From: an uncultured Acidimicrobiaceae bacterium
Lineage (GTDB): Bacteria; Actinomycetota; Acidimicrobiia; Acidimicrobiales; RAAP-2
DNA length: 64,000 nt
Assembly (NCBI GenBank): GCA_963770635.1
Contig: CAVYQI010000003.1
Location: 500,488 to 564,487 of the forward strand
Reading direction: 5' to 3'
Position 1 is the first letter of the stretch; every line of letters begins with the position of its first letter. The notes under the pieces are model-generated. The model was not told where the DNA came from. It saw nothing but the letters and a program-made list of their open reading frames with translations, and made no database searches. Below are positions 1 through 9,822 of this stretch, piece by piece. The translations under genes were made by a program, and so were the position numbers.

Positions 1-1391
1 GCCATCCTGGTGAACATCAACCCCGCCTACCGGGCCGGCGAGCTGTCCTACGCGCTGTCCAAATCGGGCGTCCGGATCCTGGCCGCGGTGGCCGGCTTCC
101 GGGATGCCGACTACTTCGGCATGCTGCAGGACGACCCGCGGGCAGTCCCCGTCGCTGGAGCGGGTGGTCGCCATCGGTACCGACGAAACCCGAACCGGCG
201 TGGACTCGGACCTGACCTGGGCGGAGATGCTCGAGATGGCTGCCGGCGTAAGTGCCGATGAGGTGGAGGCTCGGGAAGGGAAGTGCGATGCCGACAACCC
301 GATCAACATCCAGTTCACCAGCGGAACCACCGGGAGCCCGAAGGGTGCCACCCTCACCCATCGCAACGTCCTCAACAACGGCGCCATCATCGGACGCCAA
401 CTCGGTTACTCCGAGGACGACGCCGTCTGCATTCCGGTGCCCCTCTACCACTGCTTCGGGATGGGGATCGGCAACCTCGGCTGCCTGTCCAGCGGAGCCA
501 CGATGGTGTATCCGGCTGAGGCATTCGACCCCGTCGAGACGCTCGGGGCGATCGCCGAGGAACGCTGCACCAGCATCTATGGCGTACCCACCATGTTCAT
601 CGCGATGTTGAGCCATCCGCGCTTCGGTGAATTCGACCTCACGTCGCTTCGCACCGGCATCATGGCGGGTGCGCCCTGTCCCATCGAGATCATGCGGCGG
701 GTCGTCGACGAGATGCATGCGTCGGACATGACCATCGCGTACGGGATGACCGAGACCTCGCCGGCGTCCACGCATGACCAGGATCGACGACTCTCTCGAG
801 GTTCGAACGTCGACCATCGGATCGGCGCTGCCGCACACCGAGATCAAGATCGCCGACATCTCCACGCTGGACCCGGTCGAGCGGGGCGAGAAGGGCGAGA
901 TCTGCACCCGGGGGTATCTGGTGATGCCGGGTTACTGGGACGATGACGACGCCACCCGAGACGCGATCGTCGACGGCTGGATGCGAACCGGGGATCTGGG
1001 CACCATGGATACCGCCGGGAACGTCAACGTCGTCGGCCGGTTGAAGGACATGGTGATCCGGGGCGGCGAGAACATCTACCCCCGCGAGATCGAGGAGATC
1101 ATCTTCACCCATCCGTCCGTCGAGTCGGTCCAGGTGGTCGGCGTGCCCGACGAGCGCTTCGGCGAGGAGCTGGCCGCCTTTGTGATCTGTGTTCCAGGAA
1201 CCGAGCTGACCGCGGAGGAGGTCTGCGACTACTGCCGCCAGCGGCTGGCCCGGTTCAAGGTGCCCCGCTACGTCCTGGCGGTGGACGAGTTCCCGATGAC
1301 GGTCACCGGCAAAATCCAGAAGTTCGTCCTCCGCCAGCAAGCGGTGACCGCCCTGGGCCTCGAGGCGGCGGACGCCATCGCCACCGCCTGA
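1..1391 (+). pseudogene. AMP-dependent acyl-CoA synthetase/ligase; 5' end outside window; reading frame broken twice
   Basis: Family-typical sequence continues across three frames. Frame 1 (1 to ~135): [15 protein letters not shown]...DADYFGMLQ. Frame 2 (~140 to ~773): [19 protein letters not shown]-binding motif, YGMTETSP. Frame 3 (~776 to 1391): TGDLG, RGGENIYPREIE, GKIQKF. ORF-track pieces are 10..261, 104..946 and 774..1391. Confidence 0.85.
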
Positions 1392-1473
1392 GCGCAGTCG
1401 ACCAGGTCTGCCAGCGATACGCTCCGGTGGCCGCGCGGGTCCGGGTATCGGCGGTGGCGACGAAGGGGGAGGC

Positions 1474-2445
1474 ATGGCGCGTGTGAACACCGTGCGGGGT
1501 CCGGTCGACTCGAGGAATCTCGGATCGACCCTCATGCACGAGCACGTCTTCGTCCTCAGTCCGGAGATCGAGAAGACGTCGGCGGAGTGGGACGAAGCCG
1601 CGGTGCAGGCCGCCGCGGTGCAACGCCTGCAGGACCTGAAGGTCAGCGGGATCGACACCATCGTCGACCTCACGGTGATCGGGCTCGGACGGTACATTCC
1701 CCGCATCCTGACCGTTGCCGACCAGGTCCCGGAGATCAACATCGTCGCCGCCACCGGCGTCTACACCTACAACGACGTGCCCATGTACTTCCACTTCCAG
1801 GGACCCGGCACCATCCTGGGCGGCGCCGAACCGATGACCGAATTGTTCGTGAGGGAGATCCGCGACGGCATCGGCGACACCGGGGTACGGGCGGCCATCC
1901 TCAAATGCGCCACCGACACCCCCGGGATCACCCCGGGGGTCGAGCGGGTGCTGCGGGCGGTGGCCCAGGCCCACCGCCAAACCGGGGTGCCGATCACCAC
2001 CCACACCCCGACCCCTCCCCAGCCGTGGGGATTGGAACAACAGAGGATCCTGGCCGAGGAGGGGGTCGACCTCAGCCGGGTGGTCATCGGCCACTCGGGA
2101 GGGACCCTCGACGCCGCCTACCACGAAGCCATCATCGCCAACGGCTCCTATCTGGGCTTCGACCATTTCGGCATCGCCACCTTCTCGATGGAGGAGCGCA
2201 TCGCATCGGTCAGGCTGCTCTGCGATCGGGGCCACGCCGATCGGATCGTCCTCTCCCACGATGCCATGTGCCACGTCGACTGGTTCCCGCCGGCCCTGGT
2301 TTCCGCCTGGAAGGACTGGCGGTGGACCCACATCCCCCAGGACGTCCTCCCCCAGATGCGGCGCTCGGGGATCAGCGATCAGGACATCACGACGATGATG
2401 GTCGACAACCCCCGCCGCATCCTCGAGGGAGGTGAGCCGTACTGA
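1474..2445 (+). CDS. phosphotriesterase-family (PTE/PHP) metal-dependent hydrolase
   Basis: 323-aa ORF with the N-terminal GSTLMHEH metal-ligand motif and TIM-barrel-like length typical of the aryldialkylphosphatase/PHP family. Confidence 0.8.
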   Translation: MARVNTVRGPVDSRNLGSTLMHEHVFVLSPEIEKTSAEWDEAAVQAAAVQRLQDLKVSGIDTIVDLTVIGLGRYIPRILTVADQVPEINIVAATGVYTYNDVPMYFHFQGPGTILGGAEPMTELFVREIRDGIGDTGVRAAILKCATDTPGITPGVERVLRAVAQAHRQTGVPITTHTPTPPQPWGLEQQRILAEEGVDLSRVVIGHSGGTLDAAYHEAIIANGSYLGFDHFGIATFSMEERIASVRLLCDRGHADRIVLSHDAMCHVDWFPPALVSAWKDWRWTHIPQDVLPQMRRSGISDQDITTMMVDNPRRILEGGEPY

Positions 2446-3971
2446 CCGGCGATGAGGTCGGCGCCAGGGCCGCCGCTCACCCCGAGGCCACCGCCTGGCG
2501 CAACCTGGCCGACGGCTCCGAGCTGAGTTTCGGTGACTGGGACGCCCGGTCGAACCAGTTGGCCCGGGGACTGGTCGCCCACGGGCTGGGCCGGGGGGAC
2601 CGGATGGTCATCGCCGTCGGACCCGACGAGCCGTTCCCGTGGTTGATCGCCTACACCGCCGCGCACCGGGCGGGCGCCATCGCGGTTCCCGTCAACACCC
2701 GGCTGGCCGGGTCCGAGCTCCGGGCCATCCTCACCCACGCCGCGCCGGTGGCGGTCCTGGCCAGTGCCGATACCAACCTCGGGGTCCCCTGGACTGACGT
2801 CGCCAACCAACCGGACAGCCCCCGGGTAGTGGCCATGACTACCGCCGGCCGCGGAATCCTGGAGTGGTCGGAGCTGTTCGATGTCGACCCCTCGCCCCTC
2901 CCTCCAGCCGCCGACGGCGACGGGTCGATCGACATCATGTACACCTCGGGAACCACCGGAGCGCCCAAGGCGGTGGTGGTGCGCCACCCCGACCCCGACC
3001 CGGCCGGCCGACCCGCCGACTGGAGCGGGCTCGGCTTCATGACCTCCTCCCCTTTCTCCACCACCAGCGGTGCCCTGCTCGTCCACGGACCGATGCGGGG
3101 CGGGTTGAGCGGCTGGTACCAGCCGCGCTTCGACCCCGGTCAATGGCTGTCGCTGGTGGATCGCCAGCGCCCGGTGGCCGCCTTCGTGGTCCCGGCCATG
3201 GCCCAGCTCATCGTGGCCCACCCCGGCTTCGAGCGGGCCGACCTTACGAGCCTGGCCGCGCTGACCATCGGAGGGGCGCCGATCACCCGGGCCACCCTCC
3301 GGCGGCTCGGCGATCGCCTGCCCCGGAGCGACATCCTGGTCGGCTACGGCTTGACCGAATTCGGGGCGGTGAGCCGCACGCCGTCCGGCGACCAGGGCCG
3401 CCACCTTGGGTCGGCGGGTCGGCCGCTCCCCGGGGTGGAGATCCGGATCGTGGACGGCGACGGGGTTGGCCTGGACCGGGGAGAGGTGGGCGAGATCACC
3501 GTACGCGGTCCGGAGCCGCCACGGGGGTACTACAAATCCGGGACAGACGCCCCACAACCCTGGCGGGAAGGATGGCTCCACAGCGGCGACCTCGGCTATC
3601 TCGACGCCGACGGATTCCTCTGGATCACCGGCCGGACCAAGGAGCTGATCATCCGGGGCGGCCACAACATCGTCCCGGGCGAGGTCGAAGAGGTGCTCTA
3701 CGCCCATCCGGCCGTGGTGGAGGCGGTGGTGGCCGGCATCCCCCACGACGTGCTCGGAGAGGATGTGGGAGCCTGGGTCGTGCTGTCCGATGGCTCCGAC
3801 ACGTCCGCCGCCGACCTCCGCGCCTTCTTGCTCGAGCGCCTGGCGGACTACAAGGTGCCCCGGCAGCTGTGGATCATGGATCGACTCCCCCGAAATGCCT
3901 CCGGCAAGGTGGTCAAGGGCGAGCTCGAGATGACGCCAGCCACCGCCCCATCGCCGGAGGCCAGCCGATGA
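2442..3971 (+). CDS. AMP-dependent synthetase/ligase (acyl-CoA synthetase family)
   Basis: MYTSGTTGAPKAVVV AMP motif, GYGLTE, SGDLGYLDADGFLWITGR and GKVVK C-terminal lysine motif. Family-like N-terminus (LSFGDWDARSNQLARGL) lies upstream of the TTG at 2559 used by the ORF track. The in-frame stop at 2433 leaves only CTG 2442 as an upstream start, so the start is uncertain. Confidence 0.8.
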   Translation: MTGDEVGARAAAHPEATAWRNLADGSELSFGDWDARSNQLARGLVAHGLGRGDRMVIAVGPDEPFPWLIAYTAAHRAGAIAVPVNTRLAGSELRAILTHAAPVAVLASADTNLGVPWTDVANQPDSPRVVAMTTAGRGILEWSELFDVDPSPLPPAADGDGSIDIMYTSGTTGAPKAVVVRHPDPDPAGRPADWSGLGFMTSSPFSTTSGALLVHGPMRGGLSGWYQPRFDPGQWLSLVDRQRPVAAFVVPAMAQLIVAHPGFERADLTSLAALTIGGAPITRATLRRLGDRLPRSDILVGYGLTEFGAVSRTPSGDQGRHLGSAGRPLPGVEIRIVDGDGVGLDRGEVGEITVRGPEPPRGYYKSGTDAPQPWREGWLHSGDLGYLDADGFLWITGRTKELIIRGGHNIVPGEVEEVLYAHPAVVEAVVAGIPHDVLGEDVGAWVVLSDGSDTSAADLRAFLLERLADYKVPRQLWIMDRLPRNASGKVVKGELEMTPATAPSPEASR

Positions 3972-4795
3972 GCGCCGACAACCCTGCCGTGCTCACCGAG
4001 CGGATCGGCGCGGTGTGCCGCCTGACCCTCAACCGCCCGGAGCGTCACAACCCGCTCACCCCGCGGTGTATCCGGGAACTGCTGGACGCCGTCGCCGACG
4101 CCGAACGGGATATGGGGATCCGGGTGGTGGTGATCCGCGGCTCGGGTAGGTCGTTCTCTTCGGGGTACGGGATCCTGCCCGATGACATCGAGCCCGGCGA
4201 CACCGATCCACCCCATGGCATCGAGGGCGATGCCTCGGCCATGCTCGAGTTGGCGGCCGGCTGGGCCAAGGTGTGGGATTGCTGCATCCCGGTGATCGCC
4301 CAGGTGCATGGCAACTGCCTGGCGGGCGGCACCGATCTCGCCCTACATTGCGACATCGTGGTGGCCGCCGATGACGCCCGCATCGGGTTCCCCCCGGTGC
4401 GGTCGATGGGGGTGCCACCGACCAATATGTGGCTCTACCATCTCGGTCCGCAGTGGACGAAGCGGTTGCTGTTCACCGGCGACACGGTCAGTGGCGCCGA
4501 GGCCGCCGGAATCGGGTTGGTGCAGGCGGCGGTGCCCGGGTCCGAGCTCGACGACTACACGCTGTCCCTGGCCGCCCGCATCGGGTTGGTCGGCCGGGAC
4601 CTGCTCGCCGCCAACAAGCGGGTGGTCAACGAAGGGGTCGAACTGATGGGTCGCTCGCAGTTGCAGCGCTTCGCCGCCCTCAACGACGCCATGGCTCATC
4701 GATCGAAGGAAGCCCGGGCCTTCACCGCCCGGGCATCCATGGTCGGCCTCCGGCAGGCCGTCCACGAACGCGACGCCCCCTTCGAGGGCGACTGA
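3968..4795 (+). CDS. enoyl-CoA hydratase/isomerase (crotonase family)
   Basis: ATG 3968 overlaps the upstream stop (ATGA). Sequence LTLNRPERHNPLT...VVVIRGSGRSFSSG...AQVHGNCLAGGTDLAL is the typical crotonase fold. It is embedded in the longer spurious ORF 2864..4795. Confidence 0.85.
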   Translation: MSADNPAVLTERIGAVCRLTLNRPERHNPLTPRCIRELLDAVADAERDMGIRVVVIRGSGRSFSSGYGILPDDIEPGDTDPPHGIEGDASAMLELAAGWAKVWDCCIPVIAQVHGNCLAGGTDLALHCDIVVAADDARIGFPPVRSMGVPPTNMWLYHLGPQWTKRLLFTGDTVSGAEAAGIGLVQAAVPGSELDDYTLSLAARIGLVGRDLLAANKRVVNEGVELMGRSQLQRFAALNDAMAHRSKEARAFTARASMVGLRQAVHERDAPFEGD

Positions 4796-4810
4796 ACCGA
4801 TCCCCGGTCG

Positions 4811-5899
4811 CTACGGCGCGATGTCCACCTCGACCCACGACCCGGCGGCGGCCGACCGGCGGACCGCGTCGAGGACCGCCATGTCCATCACCCCGTCGAC
4901 GAAGGTGGCGGCGGCGGGACCGGGCGGCGGCGGACGGCCCTCGATCCGGCACCGGAGGACCTCGGCCAGCCGGGTGTAGGGACCCAGATCCATGCCGTGG
5001 GAGATCATCCGTTCGTAGGCGCTGTTGACCAGGCCTTTTGGCAGTGGCGGGGCCGCCTCCGAAACCAGTTCCTCGGGAACGGGCAGCGTTCGGGTCCCGT
5101 TCCGGTCGGCGACCCGGACGGTCGCCCCGACGCCGTCGATCCAGGCGGTCCCCTCCGAGCCGACCACCCGGGTGATCACGATGGGAGGACCCCAGTCACC
5201 CGACGTGCTCTGCAGGACGCCCACCGCGCCGGATCGCATGCGGAAGTGCACCACGAACCCGTCCTCCGCCGACATCGTCCAGCCGGCCACATGGGGGAGC
5301 GAGGCACTCAGCGACTCGAACTCACCGAGGGTGGCCCGGATCTGGTCGATGACCTGCGAGCCGTGCGCTCCCAACCACCCCCCGCCCTGATCGGTGTCCG
5401 CCCACCACTCCGGTACTTCGGCCGACGCATCGGCCAGCAGCGGGACATGGAGCATGAAGGTGGCCAATCGGGGTTCGCCGATCTCGCCGTCCCTCACCGC
5501 CCGGGCCAGGATCGCCTGCCCGGCATCCCAACGGAATTCGCACCCGAGCAGGTGCACGATGCCGGCCTCCTCCGCCGCCGCCAGCACCTGGCGGGCCTGG
5601 TCGGCGTCGCGGGCGAAGGGTTTCTCGCAGATCACGTGCTTGCCGGCGGCGATGGCGGCCAGCGCGATCTCCGCGTGGGAGTGGGGTGGGGTGGCGATGG
5701 TCACCGCCACCACCCCGTCGAGCTGCAACGCCTCCTCCACCGAGGTGAGCGCGAGGGGGATGTCGAAGAGCCGGGCCCGTTCGGCGGTCCGGTCGGGGTC
5801 GCGGCCGACCAGGGCCACCACCTCGAACCCGGCGGCCCGCAGGGCCCGGACATGGGTGACACAGCCGAAGCCGGTGCCGATGACTACCGCGCCGTTCAT
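4811..5899 (-). CDS. Gfo/Idh/MocA family oxidoreductase
   Basis: N-terminal Rossmann motif VVIGTGFGCVTHVRAL and EKPFA motif; 362 aa. Confidence 0.85.
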   Translation of the reverse strand: MNGAVVIGTGFGCVTHVRALRAAGFEVVALVGRDPDRTAERARLFDIPLALTSVEEALQLDGVVAVTIATPPHSHAEIALAAIAAGKHVICEKPFARDADQARQVLAAAEEAGIVHLLGCEFRWDAGQAILARAVRDGEIGEPRLATFMLHVPLLADASAEVPEWWADTDQGGGWLGAHGSQVIDQIRATLGEFESLSASLPHVAGWTMSAEDGFVVHFRMRSGAVGVLQSTSGDWGPPIVITRVVGSEGTAWIDGVGATVRVADRNGTRTLPVPEELVSEAAPPLPKGLVNSAYERMISHGMDLGPYTRLAEVLRCRIEGRPPPPGPAAATFVDGVMDMAVLDAVRRSAAAGSWVEVDIAP

Positions 5900-6747
5900 C
5901 GGACCGTCTCCATGACCCGCCGGGTGGCCTGGGCGGCCGACCGGGCCGCCTCGGCGGGCGACCGTTGGTGGAGCGAGTCGGAGAACACCTCGACACCGAC
6001 CGGTGCCGTTGTCCCGGTCTCCATCAGTGCCCCGAGGATGGCGGGCAGGTCGAACTCACCGTCCCCGGGCAGGGCCCGGGCGTGCAAGGTGGCCTCGACC
6101 AGATTGGGCTCGGCGGCCAACGGCCCGTCGTCGAGTTGGATCCCCAAGATGAAGTCCCCGGGCACCTTGCGGAGCTCAGCGACGCTGGTCCCCGAGCGCA
6201 CCAAGTGCCAGGCGTCGACGTTGAGGCCCCCGTTGGGCTGGTCGGCCAGCTCCACGATCTCCAACGCCGTGCGCAGGTCGGGGATCATCGACCAGGGGAG
6301 CCACTCGATGTGCACCAGCAGATCGTGCTCGGCCGCCCGCCGGCACAGCCCGGCAAACGCCTCGGCGGCGGCGGCCACATCCCAGTCGCCACCGAAGACA
6401 TCGACGGCGTTGATTGAACGGGCTCCCAGGCCATCGGCGATGGCGAACAGATCCGTCTCCCCGAACCGGAACACGTCCTCGGCGTCGACCTCCGGAGCGA
6501 TGTGTATCTCGGATGCGCCCGGGAGCCACCACCAGGCCGGGTCCAGCTCGGCCACCACCAGGCCGTGATCGGCCAGCATGCTCCGCAGGTCCGAGTCGCT
6601 GAGCCCCTCGTGGCGGGCGGCGGCGTAGTCCCGGCCCCAGATCGATACCCCGGCGAAGCCGGCGCCCGCGGCGGCCGCCAATCGCTCGGCGAACGGGACG
6701 CCGCGGGGCAAGGTGCCCGAGCACAGCACCAGATCGTCGGGCCCCAT
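5896..6747 (-). CDS. sugar phosphate isomerase/epimerase (xylose-isomerase-like TIM barrel)
   Basis: 283-aa ORF whose start overlaps the downstream gene by 4 nt. General family resemblance (HIEWLPW, VEVFSD). The call is family level only. Confidence 0.7.
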   Translation of the reverse strand: MGPDDLVLCSGTLPRGVPFAERLAAAAGAGFAGVSIWGRDYAAARHEGLSDSDLRSMLADHGLVVAELDPAWWWLPGASEIHIAPEVDAEDVFRFGETDLFAIADGLGARSINAVDVFGGDWDVAAAAEAFAGLCRRAAEHDLLVHIEWLPWSMIPDLRTALEIVELADQPNGGLNVDAWHLVRSGTSVAELRKVPGDFILGIQLDDGPLAAEPNLVEATLHARALPGDGEFDLPAILGALMETGTTAPVGVEVFSDSLHQRSPAEAARSAAQATRRVMETVR

Positions 6748-7682
6748 CAGTAACCCGCCGCCACGTCCACCACTCCGAGCAGTGGTTGTCCCGACCGGTA
6801 GCGGGCGAGATTATCGGCGAACAGCTGGAAGGTCCGCGCCACCGTCTGGGGCGACGACCACGAGATGTGCGGCGACAGCCGCACCCGGGGGTGGCGGTAC
6901 AGGGGGTGACCCGCCGGCAACGGCTCGGGTTCCACCACATCCAGGGAGGCCATGGCGATGCGCCCATCGTCCAGGGCGCGCACCAGGGCGTCCTGATCGA
7001 CCAAGGATCCCCTCGACACATTGACGAAGTGGGCGCCGGGCTTGATCTCCGCCAGGGCCGATTCGCCGATGAGGTGCCGGGTCTCCGTCGTGGCGGGCGC
7101 CGCCACCACGACGTGGTCGGAGCCGGCCAACACCGACGCCAGGCTGGGGCTCAGGGTGACGCCAGCGACCGGAGACGGGCGCGGGCTCCGGCGGAGCGCC
7201 ACCACCTTCATGTCGAAGGCGAGGGCCCGGGTGGCCACCTGGGTCCCGATGGATCCCAGACCGACGACGCCCAACGTCCGGCCGGCCAGGCCGCCGAGGT
7301 CGGCGGTGTTCCACTGGTCGGGCGGCTCGGTGATCCATGACTCCGGGAGCCGCTTTTCGAAAGCGAGCATGGCGGCGAGCACGAACTCGGCGATGGCGGG
7401 AGCGCCGGCGCCTCGGGAGCAGGTCAGCGTCCGATCGCCGACCACATCGAGCGGGAACCCGTCGATACCGGCACCGAGGACGTGCACCCAGCGGATTCCC
7501 GGGGTGAGCGCCTCGGCGATGGCCGGGGCGTCGTCGGTCAGGGTGGCCAGGACATCGGCGCGGGCCACGGCCTCGGGACTCGCGGCGGAGATCAGATCCA
7601 CCCCGGGCAGCCGGAGCCGGAGACCGTCGATCATCGCGTCTCCGAACCGGCCGGCGTGTACCGCCACCGTGGGCTCGCTCAC
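6747..7682 (-). CDS. D-isomer-specific 2-hydroxyacid dehydrogenase (NAD-binding)
   Basis: GRTLGVVGLGSIGTQVA NAD-binding motif, NVSRGSLVD, LDVVEPEPLP and SPHISW motifs. Confidence 0.85.
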   Translation of the reverse strand: MSEPTVAVHAGRFGDAMIDGLRLRLPGVDLISAASPEAVARADVLATLTDDAPAIAEALTPGIRWVHVLGAGIDGFPLDVVGDRTLTCSRGAGAPAIAEFVLAAMLAFEKRLPESWITEPPDQWNTADLGGLAGRTLGVVGLGSIGTQVATRALAFDMKVVALRRSPRPSPVAGVTLSPSLASVLAGSDHVVVAAPATTETRHLIGESALAEIKPGAHFVNVSRGSLVDQDALVRALDDGRIAMASLDVVEPEPLPAGHPLYRHPRVRLSPHISWSSPQTVARTFQLFADNLARYRSGQPLLGVVDVAAGY

Positions 7683-7767
7683 CGGCCCCGCCCGTCCTTC
7701 CGGATCACCGGGGCATGCACGCCGCCGATCGGGGCCGGCGGCGTGCTACCCACGGGTCCGATCCGGT

Positions 7768-9713
7768 TCACTCCGGTGCCGCCAGCAGACGACGATCCAA
7801 GCAGGCCTCGACGAAGGAGAACGGCTGGTCGGGCGGGGGCAGCTCGCCCCGACGGGCGGCGGAGATGGCGCTGCACGAGGTGACCACGGCCATATGGGTG
7901 AAGGCCTGCGGGGTGTTGCCCAGCTGCTCGCCCGTCGACGGATCGACCATCTCGGCGTAGAGCCCGACGTCGTTGGCCATGCCCGAGGAGCCGCTCGAGC
8001 AGCGCCTCGGCCTCGTCGAGCCGCCGGGCGTGGATCAGGGCGTCGAGCAGCCAGAACGAGCACAGGAGGAAGGCCCCTTCGTCCCCGGGCAGGCCGTCGG
8101 GAGAGCGGTAGCGATGCACGTGGACCCCGTTGCTCAGGTCGCGCTGGACGACATCGATGGTGGCCAGGACCCGGGGATCGGCGGGCGCCAGGAAGCCGAG
8201 CGCGGGGATGAGCAGGGCCGCGGCGTCGGCCAGACGGATGGCCGGCGGCCTGGACGTACCACCCGTCGGGCGACCCCTCCGAACGCAACCAGTCGGCCAC
8301 CGCGTCGCGTTCGACTCCGCCACGTGTCGGCGTCCCCTGCGAGCTGACCGGCGTCGGCCAGGCGCACGGCCCGATCGAGCGCCATCCAGCAGTTGAGTTT
8401 GGAGTGGACGAAGTGACGCGGCTCGTCACGGATCTCCCAGATGCCCTGATCGGGTCGCCGCCACTCGCGCACGGTCAGGTCGGCCACCCGGCGCAGGAAG
8501 CCGGCGTTGTCCACGGTGAGCTCTCCACCGGCCCGTCCGAAGAGATAGCCGGCCTCGAGCAGCTGCCCCAGTGAGTCGAGTTGCAGCTGCCCGGCCGCGC
8601 CGTTGCCGATCCGCACCGGTGACGAGTCTCGGTGACCACGGAGATGGCCAGAGCTCGAGCTCGGGAAGCAGCCGCTCCCCGGTCACCCGGTACATGATCT
8701 GGAGATCCTCGGGGCGGCCGGCGCCGGTTCGCTCCAGCCAGCCCTTGAAGGCGGCGGCCTCGCCGAGTAGCCCAAGGAGGGCCAGGGAGGCCAGGGTCAG
8801 GGTGGCATCACGGATCCAGGTGAAGCGGTAGTCCCAGTTCCGCGCCCCGCCGATCCACTCGGGCAACGACGTGGTCCCGGCGGCCACCACCGCCCCGGTC
8901 GGCGCAGTAGGTCAACGCCTTGAGCACCAGGGCGGACCGGTGCACCCGTCGCTCGTGGTCGCCCTGACGTAGCTGCACCGGGCCAGCCACGCTTCCCAGA
9001 AGCAGACCGTCTCGGCGAGTCGCCGCTCCATGTCGGCCCGGTGGTCACCGAGCCGTCGTGCGGCGAGCCGTTGACCGCCGGGGTCCAGCTCGACCTCGAT
9101 CCAGGCCTCGTCGCCCGGCCGCCAGATCCCACTGGGCGGAGATGTGCTGGCGGTCGACGTCCAGCTCGCGGCTGGCCCGCACCCACAGCGCATCGGGACC
9201 GCCCACGATCGCCGCGGTCATCGACGAAGCGGCGGTGAACCGGGGCAGCACCGTGCCGTACTCGAAGCGCGGCCGCAGGTCGACCACGACCACTGACCGA
9301 CCCGAGCGGCACCGCACCCGTCGCAGGACGGACGCGTGGTTGTCGACCGCGGTGGGCTTCTCCTCGTCGAACGGACGAACCGGCATGCAGTCGGTGAGCT
9401 CGAGCACTCCGTCCGCGGTCACGAAGGTGGTCTCCAAGCACGTTGGTCGAGGGCAGGTAGGTGCGGCGCACCTCCACGCACCGGCGGCGGCCGGGGCCAC
9501 CCGAAAATGGCCGGCGTCCTCGTCGAGCATTCGGGCGAAGACCGATGGCGAGTCGAAGCGGGGAAAGCAGAGCCAGTCGATGGAACCGTCCGGACCGACG
9601 AGGGCCAACGAGTGGCAGTCGCCGATCATCCCGTAGTCGCCGATCCGGTTCACTGCGCCCCCCCGGGTCTCCAGCGGAGCTATGGCTCCGTGCTGAGCAC
9701 ACCATAGGGACAC
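7768..9713 (-). pseudogene. glycoside hydrolase family 15 (glucoamylase/trehalase-like), about 9 frame breaks
   Basis: GH15-typical blocks appear in order but in alternating frames. They are IGDYGMIGDCHSLALVGPDGSIDWLCFPRFDSPSVFA, VEVRRTYLPSTNVL, ETTFVTADG, FWEAWL, HRSALVLKALTY, TTSLPEWIGGARNWDYRFTWIRDA, PVRIGNGAAGQLQLD, IWEIRDEPRHFVHSK, LLIPALGFLAPADPRV, LLCSFWL and [27 protein letters not shown] pieces are 9045..9713, 8797..9732, 8912..9193, 8808..8990, 8426..8890, 8134..8616, 7746..8429, 7679..8323 and 7768..7980. Confidence 0.85.
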
Positions 9714-9822
9714 GGCGGGCGTCCGCGCCCACCCGCCCAGCTACCCGCTGACCTCGCTCCCTCCGCCGGTCCCAGGGCTTCCCGCTCGCACAATGCGACC
9801 CGGTTGGCGCACGAGGCGTCGG

